Assembly (NCBI GenBank): GCA_005882635.1
Contig: VBFG01000048.1
Coordinates: forward strand, 15,913 to 79,912
DNA from: Chloroflexota bacterium
GTDB taxonomy: Bacteria; Chloroflexota; Limnocylindria; Limnocylindrales; CSP1-4
DNA length: 64,000 bases
Direction: 5' to 3'
The translations under genes and the position numbers were made by a program. Positions 1 through 8,655 of the stretch are shown in pieces. The stretch's first letter is position 1; every line of letters starts with the position of its first letter. The notes beneath the pieces were generated by a model. That model searched no databases and was not told the DNA's origin. It saw only the letters and a list, made by a program, of their open reading frames with translations.

Positions 1-69
1 TGGAAGGCGCTGGCCGAGCGTGGGGTCGAGGCGTGGCCGGGCGCGGCACGCGTGCCTGCCGAGGCCTGA
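1..69 (+). CDS. 3' end of an upstream CDS (partial, unidentified)
   Basis: Open frame from base 1 (WKALAERGVEAWPGAARVPAEA) ends at TGA 67-69, 17 bp before the SDR start. Confidence 0.5.
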   Translation, partial: WKALAERGVEAWPGAARVPAEA

Positions 70-86
70 GCGCGAGGGAGGCCGAC

Positions 87-788
87 ATGTCGAACGGCGG
101 AGCGGTGGTGGTCGTCGGCGGGACGAGGGCGATCGGGCTGGAGCTCGTCCGCCACTACGCGGCGCTTGGCGACGAGGTGCTCCTCAGCGGCCAATCGCAG
201 GACAACGTCACAGCGGCGGTGGCCGCGGTCGATGGCAAGGTCCGCGGTGTCGCGTTCGACCTCGCCCGGCCGGAATCGATCGCGCCGGCGCTTGCGGAGG
301 CCGGACCCGTCCGGCGGCTGGCCCTCGTCGCGATCGACCGCGACCAGAACTCCGTCCGCGACTATGACCTCGCCAAGGCGCTCCGGCTCGTGACGCTCAA
401 GCTCGTTGGCTACACCGAGGTCGTCCACACTCTGGCCGACCGGCTGACGGATGACGCGTCGATCGTCCTCTTCGGCGGGATGGCCAAGGAGCGGCCGTAT
501 CCCGGCTCGACGACGGTCACGACGGTCAACAGCGGGGTCGTCGGCCTGACCCGGACGCTCGTCGAGGAGCTCCGCCCGAAGCGGGTCAACTCCATCCACC
601 CGGGCGTCGTCGGCAACAGCCCGTACTGGTCGGAGAAGCCGGTCGCGATCGAGAAGTACACATCAGAGACCCCGCTCGGCCGGCTGGCGACCATGGCCGA
701 GATCGTCGACGCCACGGTCTTCCTGCTCGAGAACACGGCCGTCAACGGAGTCGACCTGATCGTCGATGGCGGCTGGCACTGCCGCTAG
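87..788 (+). CDS. SDR family oxidoreductase
   Basis: ATG at 87 after GAGGGAG; N-terminal VVVGGTRAIG Rossmann motif; RVNSIHPG and NGVDLIVDGG SDR signatures. Confidence 0.85.
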   Translation: MSNGGAVVVVGGTRAIGLELVRHYAALGDEVLLSGQSQDNVTAAVAAVDGKVRGVAFDLARPESIAPALAEAGPVRRLALVAIDRDQNSVRDYDLAKALRLVTLKLVGYTEVVHTLADRLTDDASIVLFGGMAKERPYPGSTTVTTVNSGVVGLTRTLVEELRPKRVNSIHPGVVGNSPYWSEKPVAIEKYTSETPLGRLATMAEIVDATVFLLENTAVNGVDLIVDGGWHCR

Positions 789-825
789 GCGCCAAGGCGC
801 CCGAATCTGGCGCTCGGCAGCCGAT

Positions 826-834
826 TGGTATGAT
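826..834 (+). promoter_or_regulatory. extended -10 promoter element for tRNA-Arg
   Basis: TGG-TATGAT, with TATGAT at 829-834, ending 9 nt before the tRNA. Confidence 0.6.
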
Positions 835-843
835 CCGGGCCGT

Positions 844-920
844 CCGCCCGTAGCTCAGTGGATCAGAGCGACTGACTTCGGATCAGTAGGTCGGGGGTTC
901 GAATCCCTCCGGGCGGGCCA
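844..920 (+). tRNA. tRNA-Arg (anticodon TCG)
   Basis: Cloverleaf: acceptor CCGCCCG/CGGGCGG, D arm GCTC..GAGC, anticodon stem ACTGA/TCAGT with loop CT-TCG-GA, T loop TTCGAAT, encoded CCA. Confidence 0.95.
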
Positions 921-993
921 GCAGATCCGACGTGAACCCGACCCCGGAGGCCGCCGCGGGTCGATCGTTTCCCGAGAACGTCGGCCGTTGGCG

Positions 994-1440
994 TCAGTCG
1001 CCGCCTGAGTCGCTACCGTCCTGCTCGCCCGAGTCGCCGCCGTCATGCTGGCCGTCGCTTGACTCGCTCGAGTCGCCCGGATCCTCGTTCTCGCCCTGGT
1101 CGTCATTGTCGGCTTGCTCGTTCTCGCCCTGGTCGTTCTCGTTCGCCTGGTTGGCCGGCTCCGGCTGTTCGATCGCCTCGGGCGCCTCCGCGTCGGGCGC
1201 CTCCGCCTCGGGCGTCTCGGCCTCGTCGGTCTCGTCGATCTCGGGAGCGTCGTTGTCGAGGACGCCACCCTCTTCGGCATCGGGGCTGTCGGTTGCGTCG
1301 AGCTCGGCCCGGAGGAGCGCTGACGCCGGACCGGACAGGCCCGGCAGATGGTGGGCCAGGGCTTGGCCCGCCCCGACGGCCGCGAGCATGCCGGCGACGA
1401 TGAGAGCCGCCACCCGGCGGCGCGAGACGCGAGAGGCCAT
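994..1440 (-). CDS. secreted acidic low-complexity protein
   Basis: AGGAGAAG SD before the ATG; signal peptide MASRVSRRRVAALIVAGMLAAVGAGQALA; mature part is D/E/N/Q-rich with EAP and DQGENE repeats. Confidence 0.7.
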   Translation of the reverse strand: MASRVSRRRVAALIVAGMLAAVGAGQALAHHLPGLSGPASALLRAELDATDSPDAEEGGVLDNDAPEIDETDEAETPEAEAPDAEAPEAIEQPEPANQANENDQGENEQADNDDQGENEDPGDSSESSDGQHDGGDSGEQDGSDSGGD

Positions 1441-1851
1441 CGATCTTCTCCTATGTGCGCCGACGTGTCCGGGCGCCTTCACTGAGTCCAACGATCGAGC
1501 CTGGGGTTTTGGTATGGGTCTGACGAGATGGTACCGGGGCGTCCGGCGAACTGCCCATGTGCGCGTCTGCACCGCGCCCCAGGTCTGACGGCGGGCTGTC
1601 GCATCGGAGACATGACGGGTGTCAACGATGGTTTTTGGAACGACCCGACGACGCTGCCACGATGGAATCCGACGACCCGGCTTGCATGACCATCGTTCCC
1701 CCGGCGGTGTAGGGCAGCCGGGTCGTCGGCTGTCCTCGGGCCCACCCAACGCGATGCTGCCGATTCCGAGACGCCGGCGAGACGGTCATTAAGTAGTGTC
1801 CCGTCGGATCGCCGCCCAGGGCGATCGTCGCAGTGGCGAAGGAGCCTCGAC

Positions 1852-2703
1852 GTGGCCGGCGGAATCGTGACCTTCCAGGCGCAGAACCCCGCGATCAGCG
1901 GCGACAAGAGCACGCACGTCAACGCCAAGGGCAAGACCGTCCTGTCGGGCTGGTCGAACTGCACGGCGTTCGTCGCGGCCATGGGTGCCCAGTTCGACTC
2001 GGGCGTCCATCTCACCGGGACCCAGGTCCGGAAGGAGAGCAACGAGCCCGTCCCCGACCGGTTCTCGCCCGGTCTCAACCTGGGTCAGGTCGCGACCGTC
2101 CTCAGGACCCACGGTGTCGTGATGGAGGTCGAACGGAAGATCCCGTTCGACGAGGTCGACACCCTCCGCGAGGCGGGGCATGCGATCGCCCTGCAGCTGA
2201 TCTACAGCCCGATCCAGCACACCGTCTTCAGCGGCGACCCGAAGTTCGGCGACGGCCACATCGTCCTTTGGATGCCGGACGGCCAGGTCTACGACCCACT
2301 CGACGACGGCCGCCGTGCGGGCATCGCCAGGGCGCCCGTCCGGATCCCGACGCCGCTCCTCCGCGAGGCCGCCGGGCTGCTGGCCGGCGGCGGCAAGGCG
2401 TTCGCCGGCGTGTTCCGGACCCGGCATCCGGTCGGCGCGAAGCCGTCGGCGACGCTCGCCTTCGACGCGAAGCCGCCCCAGCACGACGAGTTCCGGGTCG
2501 TCGTGGCCGTCGCCCTCATCCGGTCGACGCCGGGCGGCGTGCCCGGCAAGCAGAACGTCGTCGACCGCAAGCGGCGCGGGGCGCTCGTCACGGTGTTCGG
2601 TACGACAAGCCGTGGCCAGAAGGTCGGCGGGAGCCGCGTCTGGCACCAGGTCGATCGCGCCGGCCATCGGTTCATGCACAGCTCGGTCATTGACCCGGCG
2701 TAG
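1852..2703 (+). CDS. C39-like (papain-fold) cysteine peptidase with C-terminal SH3b-like domain; possible cell-wall hydrolase
   Basis: AAGGAG SD; Q...SNC, GHIV and YDP give a Cys-His-Asp order; C-terminal RSTPG...GQKVGGSRVWHQV...FMHSS resembles bacterial SH3. Confidence 0.6.
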   Translation: MAGGIVTFQAQNPAISGDKSTHVNAKGKTVLSGWSNCTAFVAAMGAQFDSGVHLTGTQVRKESNEPVPDRFSPGLNLGQVATVLRTHGVVMEVERKIPFDEVDTLREAGHAIALQLIYSPIQHTVFSGDPKFGDGHIVLWMPDGQVYDPLDDGRRAGIARAPVRIPTPLLREAAGLLAGGGKAFAGVFRTRHPVGAKPSATLAFDAKPPQHDEFRVVVAVALIRSTPGGVPGKQNVVDRKRRGALVTVFGTTSRGQKVGGSRVWHQVDRAGHRFMHSSVIDPA

Positions 2704-2717
2704 TGGAGGAGAACGCG

Positions 2718-2906
2718 ATGGGCACGAACATCAGCGACATCGACACATCCCCAAACGGCCAGGACGACCTGCTCCTGCCGGTGGTCGACGACCCGGACGT
2801 CGACGGCACCGACGACGAGTCCGACGAGGAGATCGTCGCCGACTCGCCGAAGAACGACGCACCGGAGTCGGAGGACGACGAGGCCGAGATCCCGGTCCCC
2901 GCCTAG
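2718..2906 (+). CDS. small highly acidic protein (62 aa)
   Basis: GGAGGAG SD just after the upstream stop; GC-rich codon usage; strong hairpin follows. Confidence 0.65.
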   Translation: MGTNISDIDTSPNGQDDLLLPVVDDPDVDGTDDESDEEIVADSPKNDAPESEDDEAEIPVPA

Positions 2907-2923
2907 CCAGGGTCGATCGAGGG

Positions 2924-2959
2924 TCGGCGGGCCGGCGCTACAAGGCGCCGGCCCGCCGA
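2924..2959 (+). terminator. GC-rich hairpin, probable terminator
   Basis: Perfect 15 bp stem TCGGCGGGCCGGCGC/GCGCCGGCCCGCCGA with a 6 nt loop directly after the acidic ORF. Confidence 0.6.
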
Positions 2960-3123
2960 TTCGCGACCTACAATCCCTGTCGGTCGGCCGATGGGCGGGC
3001 CACTTGCTTCACGCGCGAGCGCCCGGATGCGTCCGGGCACAGAGGCAGGGATCCACCAGGCGATCCGCGGGCGGCCGATCGCCGAGGGCACGCGCCGGCC
3101 GTCGCGGCGCAGGTGAGGGGCAC

Positions 3124-3729
3124 GTGATCCTTCGCGTCGTCAACGGCCGCATCCCGCCCGGCATGCTCGAGTCCGTCCGGGCCGCCCTCGAGCGCGACTA
3201 CGTTCCAGTCGCTCGGAGGCAGCCGGGTCTCGACCGGTTCCTGACCGCGGTCCGACCGACCGAGACGGGCCACCAGATCGCCCTCATGACGGTCTGGACC
3301 GATCTCGAGTCCGCCCTCGCTGCCTATGGCGGGAACCTGACGGCGGTCCGCACGATCGACGGGGTCGGCCACGGCGAGATCCTCGACGACGTCGAGTTCT
3401 ATGAGGTCGAGACCGGCGGGGTGCGCCTGACGGGTGGGACGCCCCGATTCCTGCGGTTGACGGCCGGCACGGTCCGCCGAGGGCTCGATGCCGACATCCA
3501 GCGGGAGCTCCGGTCGCGTCTCAAGGTTCTCGGTCCGGAGGTCGTCGACGCATACGTCGGACGCCGGGTCAAGGGCTCATCGGTCGAGATCGCCTTCGTC
3601 TCGACCTGGACCGACGGCGCCGCCGGACGCCGGCTCGACGAGCCGATCTGGCCGGACATCTCGGCGCAGTACGACGCATTCTCGATCGGGGTCTTCGACG
3701 TGCTGCTGGAAGGCTCCCGGGACCGCTGA
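3124..3729 (+). CDS. hypothetical protein with two ABM-like (dimeric alpha+beta barrel) repeats
   Basis: GTG after GAGGGG; RQPGL...ALMTVWTDLESA and AFVSTW motifs typical of ABM-like domains, occurring twice. Confidence 0.55.
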   Translation: MILRVVNGRIPPGMLESVRAALERDYVPVARRQPGLDRFLTAVRPTETGHQIALMTVWTDLESALAAYGGNLTAVRTIDGVGHGEILDDVEFYEVETGGVRLTGGTPRFLRLTAGTVRRGLDADIQRELRSRLKVLGPEVVDAYVGRRVKGSSVEIAFVSTWTDGAAGRRLDEPIWPDISAQYDAFSIGVFDVLLEGSRDR

Positions 3730-3823
3730 CCGCGGGACTCGGCGTGCATGCCGGCGAGACCCCGTCTTCGTCGACGGGTGTGGCGGCCCGGGCCCGGCCT
3801 CCCCGGCTGCTACGCTCGGCGGC

Positions 3824-5533
3824 GTGACGACGACCGTTCGAACCGCAGCCCAGCTCCTGGTCGAGTGCCTCGCCGCCGAAGAATGTGAGTATGTCTTCTC
3901 CGTCCCCGGTGAGGAGACGATGGACGTCCTCGACGCCCTGGGGGCGGCGGCGCAGGACAAGCGCGACGCGCCACGACACATCACGACGCGCCACGAGCAG
4001 GGCGCGGCCTTCATGGCCGACGTCTACGGCCGCCTGACGGGTCGCGCGGCGGTCGCGATGTCGACGCTCGGCCCGGGCGCGACGAACCTCGTGACCGGCG
4101 TCGCGGACGCCTACCTCGACCGCGCCCCGATGGTCGCGATCACCGGCCAGGCGAGCTCGGACAAGCTCCACAAGGAGGCCCATCAGGTCGTCGACATCGT
4201 CCGGATGGTCGAGCCCGTCACCAAGTGGAACACCCATGTCGAACGGGTCGAGGCGATCCCGGAGATCGTCCGGAAGGCCTTCCGTGTCGCGACCCTCGAG
4301 AAGCCGGGCCCGACTCACATCGAGCTGCCGGAGGACCTCGCCGCCTCGCCCGTCGCCGACGACGCGCGGCCGCTCGTGCCAGGTCGGACCTACTTTCCCG
4401 AGCCGACCGATGAGGCGATCGCGCACGCCGCCGACCTGATCGCCGCCTCCCAGCGGCCGCTCGTCCTGGCCGGCAACGGAGTCCTGCGACGACACGCGGC
4501 TCCCGAGCTCCGGGCGTTCGCCCGCGGGCTCCACGTCCCGGTCGCCGTCACGTTCATGGGCAAGGGTGCGATCGACGATCGATCGCACCTGTCCCTGATG
4601 GCGGTCGGATTGCAGGCTCGGGATCATGTCCTGTCCGGCTTCGACCGGGCGGACCTGGTGATCTGCGTGGGGTACGACCTCGTCGAGTACGCGCCGGGTC
4701 GTTGGAACCCGGACGGGCAGAAGCGGATCGTCCACATCGATACGACGCCGGCCGAGGTCGACGCGCAGTACCGGCCCGAAGTCGAGCTGGTCGGCGACAT
4801 CGACGGGACGCTCCGCCGGCTCCTGGCCGCGGTCCAGCCCCGTGGCATCAGTGGCCGCGACGCCGGGGAACGGCACGCCGCCCGCGAGACCCTGGTCCAT
4901 GCGGATCTCCGAACGGCGCTCCTGGAGGAGCTCGCGACCGGCTCCGCCTCCGACGCCCTGCCGATCACGCCGCAGAAGGCCATCGCCGATCTGCGCGCCG
5001 CGCTCGACCCGGACGACATCGTCGTGTCCGACGTCGGCGCCCACAAGGTCTGGGTCGCCCGCCTCTACCAGGCCTACGAGCCGAACACCGTGATCATCTC
5101 GAACGGGTTCGCCGCGATGGGCATCAGCCTCCCCGGCGCGATCGCGGCGAAGCTCGTCCACCCCGACCGGAAGGTCGTCGCACTGTGCGGCGACGGCGGC
5201 TTCCTGATGAACAGCCAGGAGCTCGAGACGGCGACGCGCATCGGCGCGAACGTCACGGTCGTCGTCTGGCGCGACGACGGCTACGGCCTGATCGACTGGA
5301 AGCAGCGCAATGAATTCGGCCGGCCGTTCGGGGTCGATTTCGGCAACCCGGACTTCGTCGCCTACGCGGAGTCGTTCGGGATCGCCGGGTTCCGGCCGTC
5401 GTCAGCCGCGGAGCTGCTGCCGATGCTCCGGCGGGCGCTCGACGTCGATGGCCCGACGCTCGTCGAGGTCCCGATCGACTACCGAGAGAACCTCCGCCTG
5501 ACCGAGCAGCTCGGCGCCCTCGCTGGAGCCTAG
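3824..5533 (+). CDS. acetolactate synthase large subunit-like ThDP-dependent enzyme
   Basis: RHEQGAAFMA, TLGPGATN and GDGGFLMN ThDP-binding motifs; GTG start 7 nt after TACGCT. Confidence 0.9.
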   Translation: MTTTVRTAAQLLVECLAAEECEYVFSVPGEETMDVLDALGAAAQDKRDAPRHITTRHEQGAAFMADVYGRLTGRAAVAMSTLGPGATNLVTGVADAYLDRAPMVAITGQASSDKLHKEAHQVVDIVRMVEPVTKWNTHVERVEAIPEIVRKAFRVATLEKPGPTHIELPEDLAASPVADDARPLVPGRTYFPEPTDEAIAHAADLIAASQRPLVLAGNGVLRRHAAPELRAFARGLHVPVAVTFMGKGAIDDRSHLSLMAVGLQARDHVLSGFDRADLVICVGYDLVEYAPGRWNPDGQKRIVHIDTTPAEVDAQYRPEVELVGDIDGTLRRLLAAVQPRGISGRDAGERHAARETLVHADLRTALLEELATGSASDALPITPQKAIADLRAALDPDDIVVSDVGAHKVWVARLYQAYEPNTVIISNGFAAMGISLPGAIAAKLVHPDRKVVALCGDGGFLMNSQELETATRIGANVTVVVWRDDGYGLIDWKQRNEFGRPFGVDFGNPDFVAYAESFGIAGFRPSSAAELLPMLRRALDVDGPTLVEVPIDYRENLRLTEQLGALAGA

Positions 5534-6381
5534 CTCGGCGCGCTCGCCGGAACCTGGGTCGCCTCGGGTTCGATGTAGCCGTCGTACTCCACGACCGTCC
5601 GATAGCCGAGCCGCTTGTAGATCGGAAAGCCCATCGGGCTGGACTGGAGGATGGCGACCCTGCATCCAGCCGCCCGGGCGTCGGCGGCGATCCGGGCGGT
5701 CATGACCTCGCCGTACCCCCGCTTCCGGGCGCTGTCGACCGTCGCGATGTTGTAGACACCGATCGCCGGCCCGGTCCGGACGCCCAGGCCGGTCGTCACC
5801 GGTGCGCCTTCGGCGTAGCCGACATAGACGGTCCGGTCGGGCCGCTGCCACAAGTCGGGCGCAATGATCGCCCGGAGGATCTCCTCCGGCAGGCCGAACC
5901 CTGCCGCCGCGGTGACGATGTGGTCCTCGAGTCCGGAGGCGTCAGCGACGGCCCGGACCTCGAAGCCACCGATCCGTCGCGGCGCGCCCTCCGGGATCGG
6001 ATCGAGCGCCATTCCAGGCAGCGGCGCGTGGTCGGTCGGGAGAGCCAGGCCGAGGTCGGACATCAGGCCGACGAACCGGTCATCGGCGCCACGCCGAAGA
6101 TTGACGACGAAGCGCTCGTGGCGACCCCGCTGCACCGCGACGGCGGCAGCAATCCCGTCGGCGGTCGCTGATGCGTCGCCGATCAAGACCTCGTTGAACA
6201 GGCGGACGGGCAGGCCGCTCGCGAGCAGGACGACCCCGTGTTCTCGTCGGATCAGGGACCCCGGCACGGCCGAGTCCACTTCCGTGAGCGCCGCGATGAA
6301 GTTCTCGTGTTCGACTTCGGCGATGGTTGCGGCGTTCACCGCCCGGACACTAGCAAATCGGTCCCACTCAAGGCCCGGCAC
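5530..6381 (-). CDS. GNAT family N-acetyltransferase
   Basis: GVYNIATVDSARKRGYG acetyl-CoA motif and LQSSPMGFPIYKRLGY; start uncertain. Confidence 0.85.
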   Translation of the reverse strand: MPGLEWDRFASVRAVNAATIAEVEHENFIAALTEVDSAVPGSLIRREHGVVLLASGLPVRLFNEVLIGDASATADGIAAAVAVQRGRHERFVVNLRRGADDRFVGLMSDLGLALPTDHAPLPGMALDPIPEGAPRRIGGFEVRAVADASGLEDHIVTAAAGFGLPEEILRAIIAPDLWQRPDRTVYVGYAEGAPVTTGLGVRTGPAIGVYNIATVDSARKRGYGEVMTARIAADARAAGCRVAILQSSPMGFPIYKRLGYRTVVEYDGYIEPEATQVPASAPS

Positions 6382-6412
6382 CGCGCTTCGAGCGCGCTGC
6401 TAGTCTCCCGCG

Positions 6413-7153
6413 ATGGCGCCGACAACGAGCGTCCGCGGGCTCGCCGGGCGGATGTTCATGATGCCGAGCTACTCGCCCGACGAGCGCGACCTTCGGACGC
6501 TCCGCCTGGCCGGCCTCGACCTGCCCGTCCGGTCGACGGTCGTCGTCGTCGCCGTGATCCTGCTCGTGATCTTCGACTTCCAACGGACGCTCATCCCGGA
6601 TCAGCTGCTCCGCTATGACCGCAACCCGGAGGAGCAGCGGATGCAGGCCTTCAGCCGCCTGTTCCTCTACCTCGTCGTCCCCCTGGCGATCGTGATCCTC
6701 GGCTTCCGCGATCGCCCCGCGCGGTACGGACTTCAAGTCGGGGACTGGCGATGGGGCCTCGGCCTCGCGCTCGCGGGCTGCGTCGTGATGACCCCGATCG
6801 TCCTCGTCCTCGCCGGCCAACCCGACTTCCGGACCTACTACTCCGCGTCGTTCGAGTCGCTGCCCGGCCTCCTGAGCACGAATGTCCTCGACCTGTTCTC
6901 GACCGAGTTCCTCTTCCGCGGCTTCCTGATGCTCGCCCTGGCCCGGGTCTTCGGCCCGGTCGCGCTGGTCGTCGCGCTCTTCCCGTTCACGCTGACCCAC
7001 CTGCTCAAGCCGGAGGCGGAGCTCCTGTCGACCGCGGCCGGCGGCGCGGTCTACGGCTGGCTGACCTGGCGGACCGAGTCGATCCTGTGGGGCGCGGCCG
7101 CCCACGTGTACATCGTCACGCTCGTGATCACCGCGGCCGGCCCGGCGCGCTGA
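6413..7153 (+). CDS. CPBP (CAAX/Abi) family intramembrane glutamic endopeptidase
   Basis: Multiple TM helices; EFLFRG, FTLTH and AAAH motifs. Confidence 0.8.
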   Translation: MAPTTSVRGLAGRMFMMPSYSPDERDLRTLRLAGLDLPVRSTVVVVAVILLVIFDFQRTLIPDQLLRYDRNPEEQRMQAFSRLFLYLVVPLAIVILGFRDRPARYGLQVGDWRWGLGLALAGCVVMTPIVLVLAGQPDFRTYYSASFESLPGLLSTNVLDLFSTEFLFRGFLMLALARVFGPVALVVALFPFTLTHLLKPEAELLSTAAGGAVYGWLTWRTESILWGAAAHVYIVTLVITAAGPAR

Positions 7154-7235
7154 CGATCTCGCGAGCGTTGGACGCGGACATGCGAACGACGCGGCGCTCG
7201 GGTGAGCGCCGCGGCGTCTGTCGCCCGTCGTCCGG

Positions 7236-7883
7236 TCAGTTGCGGCGGTCGGCCCCGGTCGACTCGATCGTGTCGGGGCCGACGAGGACCCACGCGTCCT
7301 GCCAGCTGCCACCGGCCATGTTCCGCTGGATGTTCAGCCAGGCCATGCCCTCGAGCGTCCGGGCGGCCGCGAGAGAGCCCGCGTCGACGGGCCGGAAGCC
7401 GATCGACTCGACGACGTCGAGGATCGTCTGCTTGGCATCGGGGTCATCTGCGGCAACGAACCCGTCCGACGGGATCCCGCCCACGGTCGGCTCGGCCTGG
7501 CGCGAGGCGAACGCGGTGTTGAACGCCTTGACGACCTTGGCCTGCGGAAGCTTCGCCTGGAGCTCTTCCGCGATCGACGTCGGGGTGCCGTCCGGTGATG
7601 GCGTCGGGCGATTCGCGACATCGACGACGACCTTGCCGGCGACGTCCCGGCCGATCTCGGTTGCGATCTTGTCGAGCGCCGTCGCGGGAACCGCGAGGAC
7701 GACGAGATCCGCGGCGCGGACCGCCTCCGCGTTCGAGCTGACGGCACGAGCGCCGGTCCGGGCCGCCGCCTCCGTCGCGTGCTCGGGATGCTCGGCGGAC
7801 ACCGTCACGTCGTGGCCGGCGCGGGTTAATGACGACGCGAGCGCGCGTCCGACATTGCCGGCACCGATGATTGCGATCTGCAT
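7236..7883 (-). CDS. NADPH-dependent F420 reductase-like oxidoreductase
   Basis: IAIIGAGNVG, VVLAVP, VVDVANR and VVKAFNT motifs; GGAGGA SD. Confidence 0.85.
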   Translation of the reverse strand: MQIAIIGAGNVGRALASSLTRAGHDVTVSAEHPEHATEAAARTGARAVSSNAEAVRAADLVVLAVPATALDKIATEIGRDVAGKVVVDVANRPTPSPDGTPTSIAEELQAKLPQAKVVKAFNTAFASRQAEPTVGGIPSDGFVAADDPDAKQTILDVVESIGFRPVDAGSLAAARTLEGMAWLNIQRNMAGGSWQDAWVLVGPDTIESTGADRRN

Positions 7884-7904
7884 GGCTCGATCCTCCGGGA
7901 TCTG

Positions 7905-7980
7905 GCTTGACATGTTTGGTGTCGTCAAGCGATATTTGTTGACAGCACAAGGCTACGGCGCGAGTTCGCCGTTGTCAACA
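7905..7980. promoter_or_regulatory. divergent promoter region with palindromic operator candidates
   Basis: GCTTGAC-N12-GTCAAGC (7905-7930) and TGTTGACA...TGTCAACA (7937-7944 and 7973-7980) between the oxidoreductase and the XRE regulator. Confidence 0.55.
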
Positions 7981-8003
7981 GGAGTTTGAGGAGAGCAAAG
8001 TCG

Positions 8004-8585
8004 ATGGTCATCGAGCAGCCGACGGACGAGGCCGGCCGCCGCGCGCCCGCCGTCGGTCGCCAGGTCCGCCGCTGGCGGACCGACCGAGGCCTGACGCTCG
8101 CCCGTCTCGCTCAGGCGACCGGGCTCAACATCGGTTACCTGTCGCAGATCGAGAACGACAAGGCGTCACCGTCGCTGACCTGCCTGTCGTCGCTGGCAAC
8201 CGCCCTCGACGTGCCGATCGCCTGGTTCCTCGTCGACGAGACGGCCAAGCCGGAGGTCGTCCGGGCCGCGGACCGACGCTGGCGGGAGGTGCCGGACGGC
8301 CGGGCAAGTCGGGTCGATGCTCGGGGCTCGAGCGACATCTCGATCGTCGAGGCGCAGTCGCAGCCGGGGGTGAGCTCCGGCATGCACACCCATTCGGGCG
8401 ACGAGCACCATCTCGTGCTGTCCGGGCGGTTCCGGATGACCCAGGGCGATCACGTCGTGGAGCTCGGACCCGGCGACTACCTCCGCTGGGACGGGCTGAT
8501 TCCGCACGACGCCGAGACGATCGGCAACGAGCCGGGGTCGCTGCTGATCATCCGGCTCACCCGTCATGGCGAGCCGCACGACTGA
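8004..8585 (+). CDS. XRE family HTH-cupin transcriptional regulator (PuuR-like)
   Basis: GLTLARLAQATGLNIGYLSQIENDKASPS HTH; cupin HTHSGDE...PH. Confidence 0.9.
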   Translation: MVIEQPTDEAGRRAPAVGRQVRRWRTDRGLTLARLAQATGLNIGYLSQIENDKASPSLTCLSSLATALDVPIAWFLVDETAKPEVVRAADRRWREVPDGRASRVDARGSSDISIVEAQSQPGVSSGMHTHSGDEHHLVLSGRFRMTQGDHVVELGPGDYLRWDGLIPHDAETIGNEPGSLLIIRLTRHGEPHD

Positions 8586-8602
8586 GGCCGGGCGCGCATG
8601 AG

Positions 8603-8632
8603 AAAACGGCCGGCGGGTTCACCGCCGGCCGT
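8603..8632 (-). terminator. intrinsic terminator between convergent genes
   Basis: 11 bp stem ACGGCCGGCGG/CCGCCGGCCGT followed by a T run on the minus strand. Confidence 0.65.
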
Positions 8633-8655
8633 CTCGACGTCCCTGGACCCGCGGA

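Noticed and set aside
1612-1689. 25-aa ORF MTGVNDGFWNDPTTLPRWNPTTRLA with a WN(D)PTT repeat (RiPP or leader peptide?)
   Set aside because: The SD-like GGAGA is only 1 nt from the ATG, codon usage is atypical, and the ORF overlaps the hairpin arm; insufficient support.
844-3000. Integrative element or prophage at tRNA-Arg
   Set aside because: No integrase, and I could not find a repeat of the tRNA 3' end (att site) or any phage structural genes in the window.
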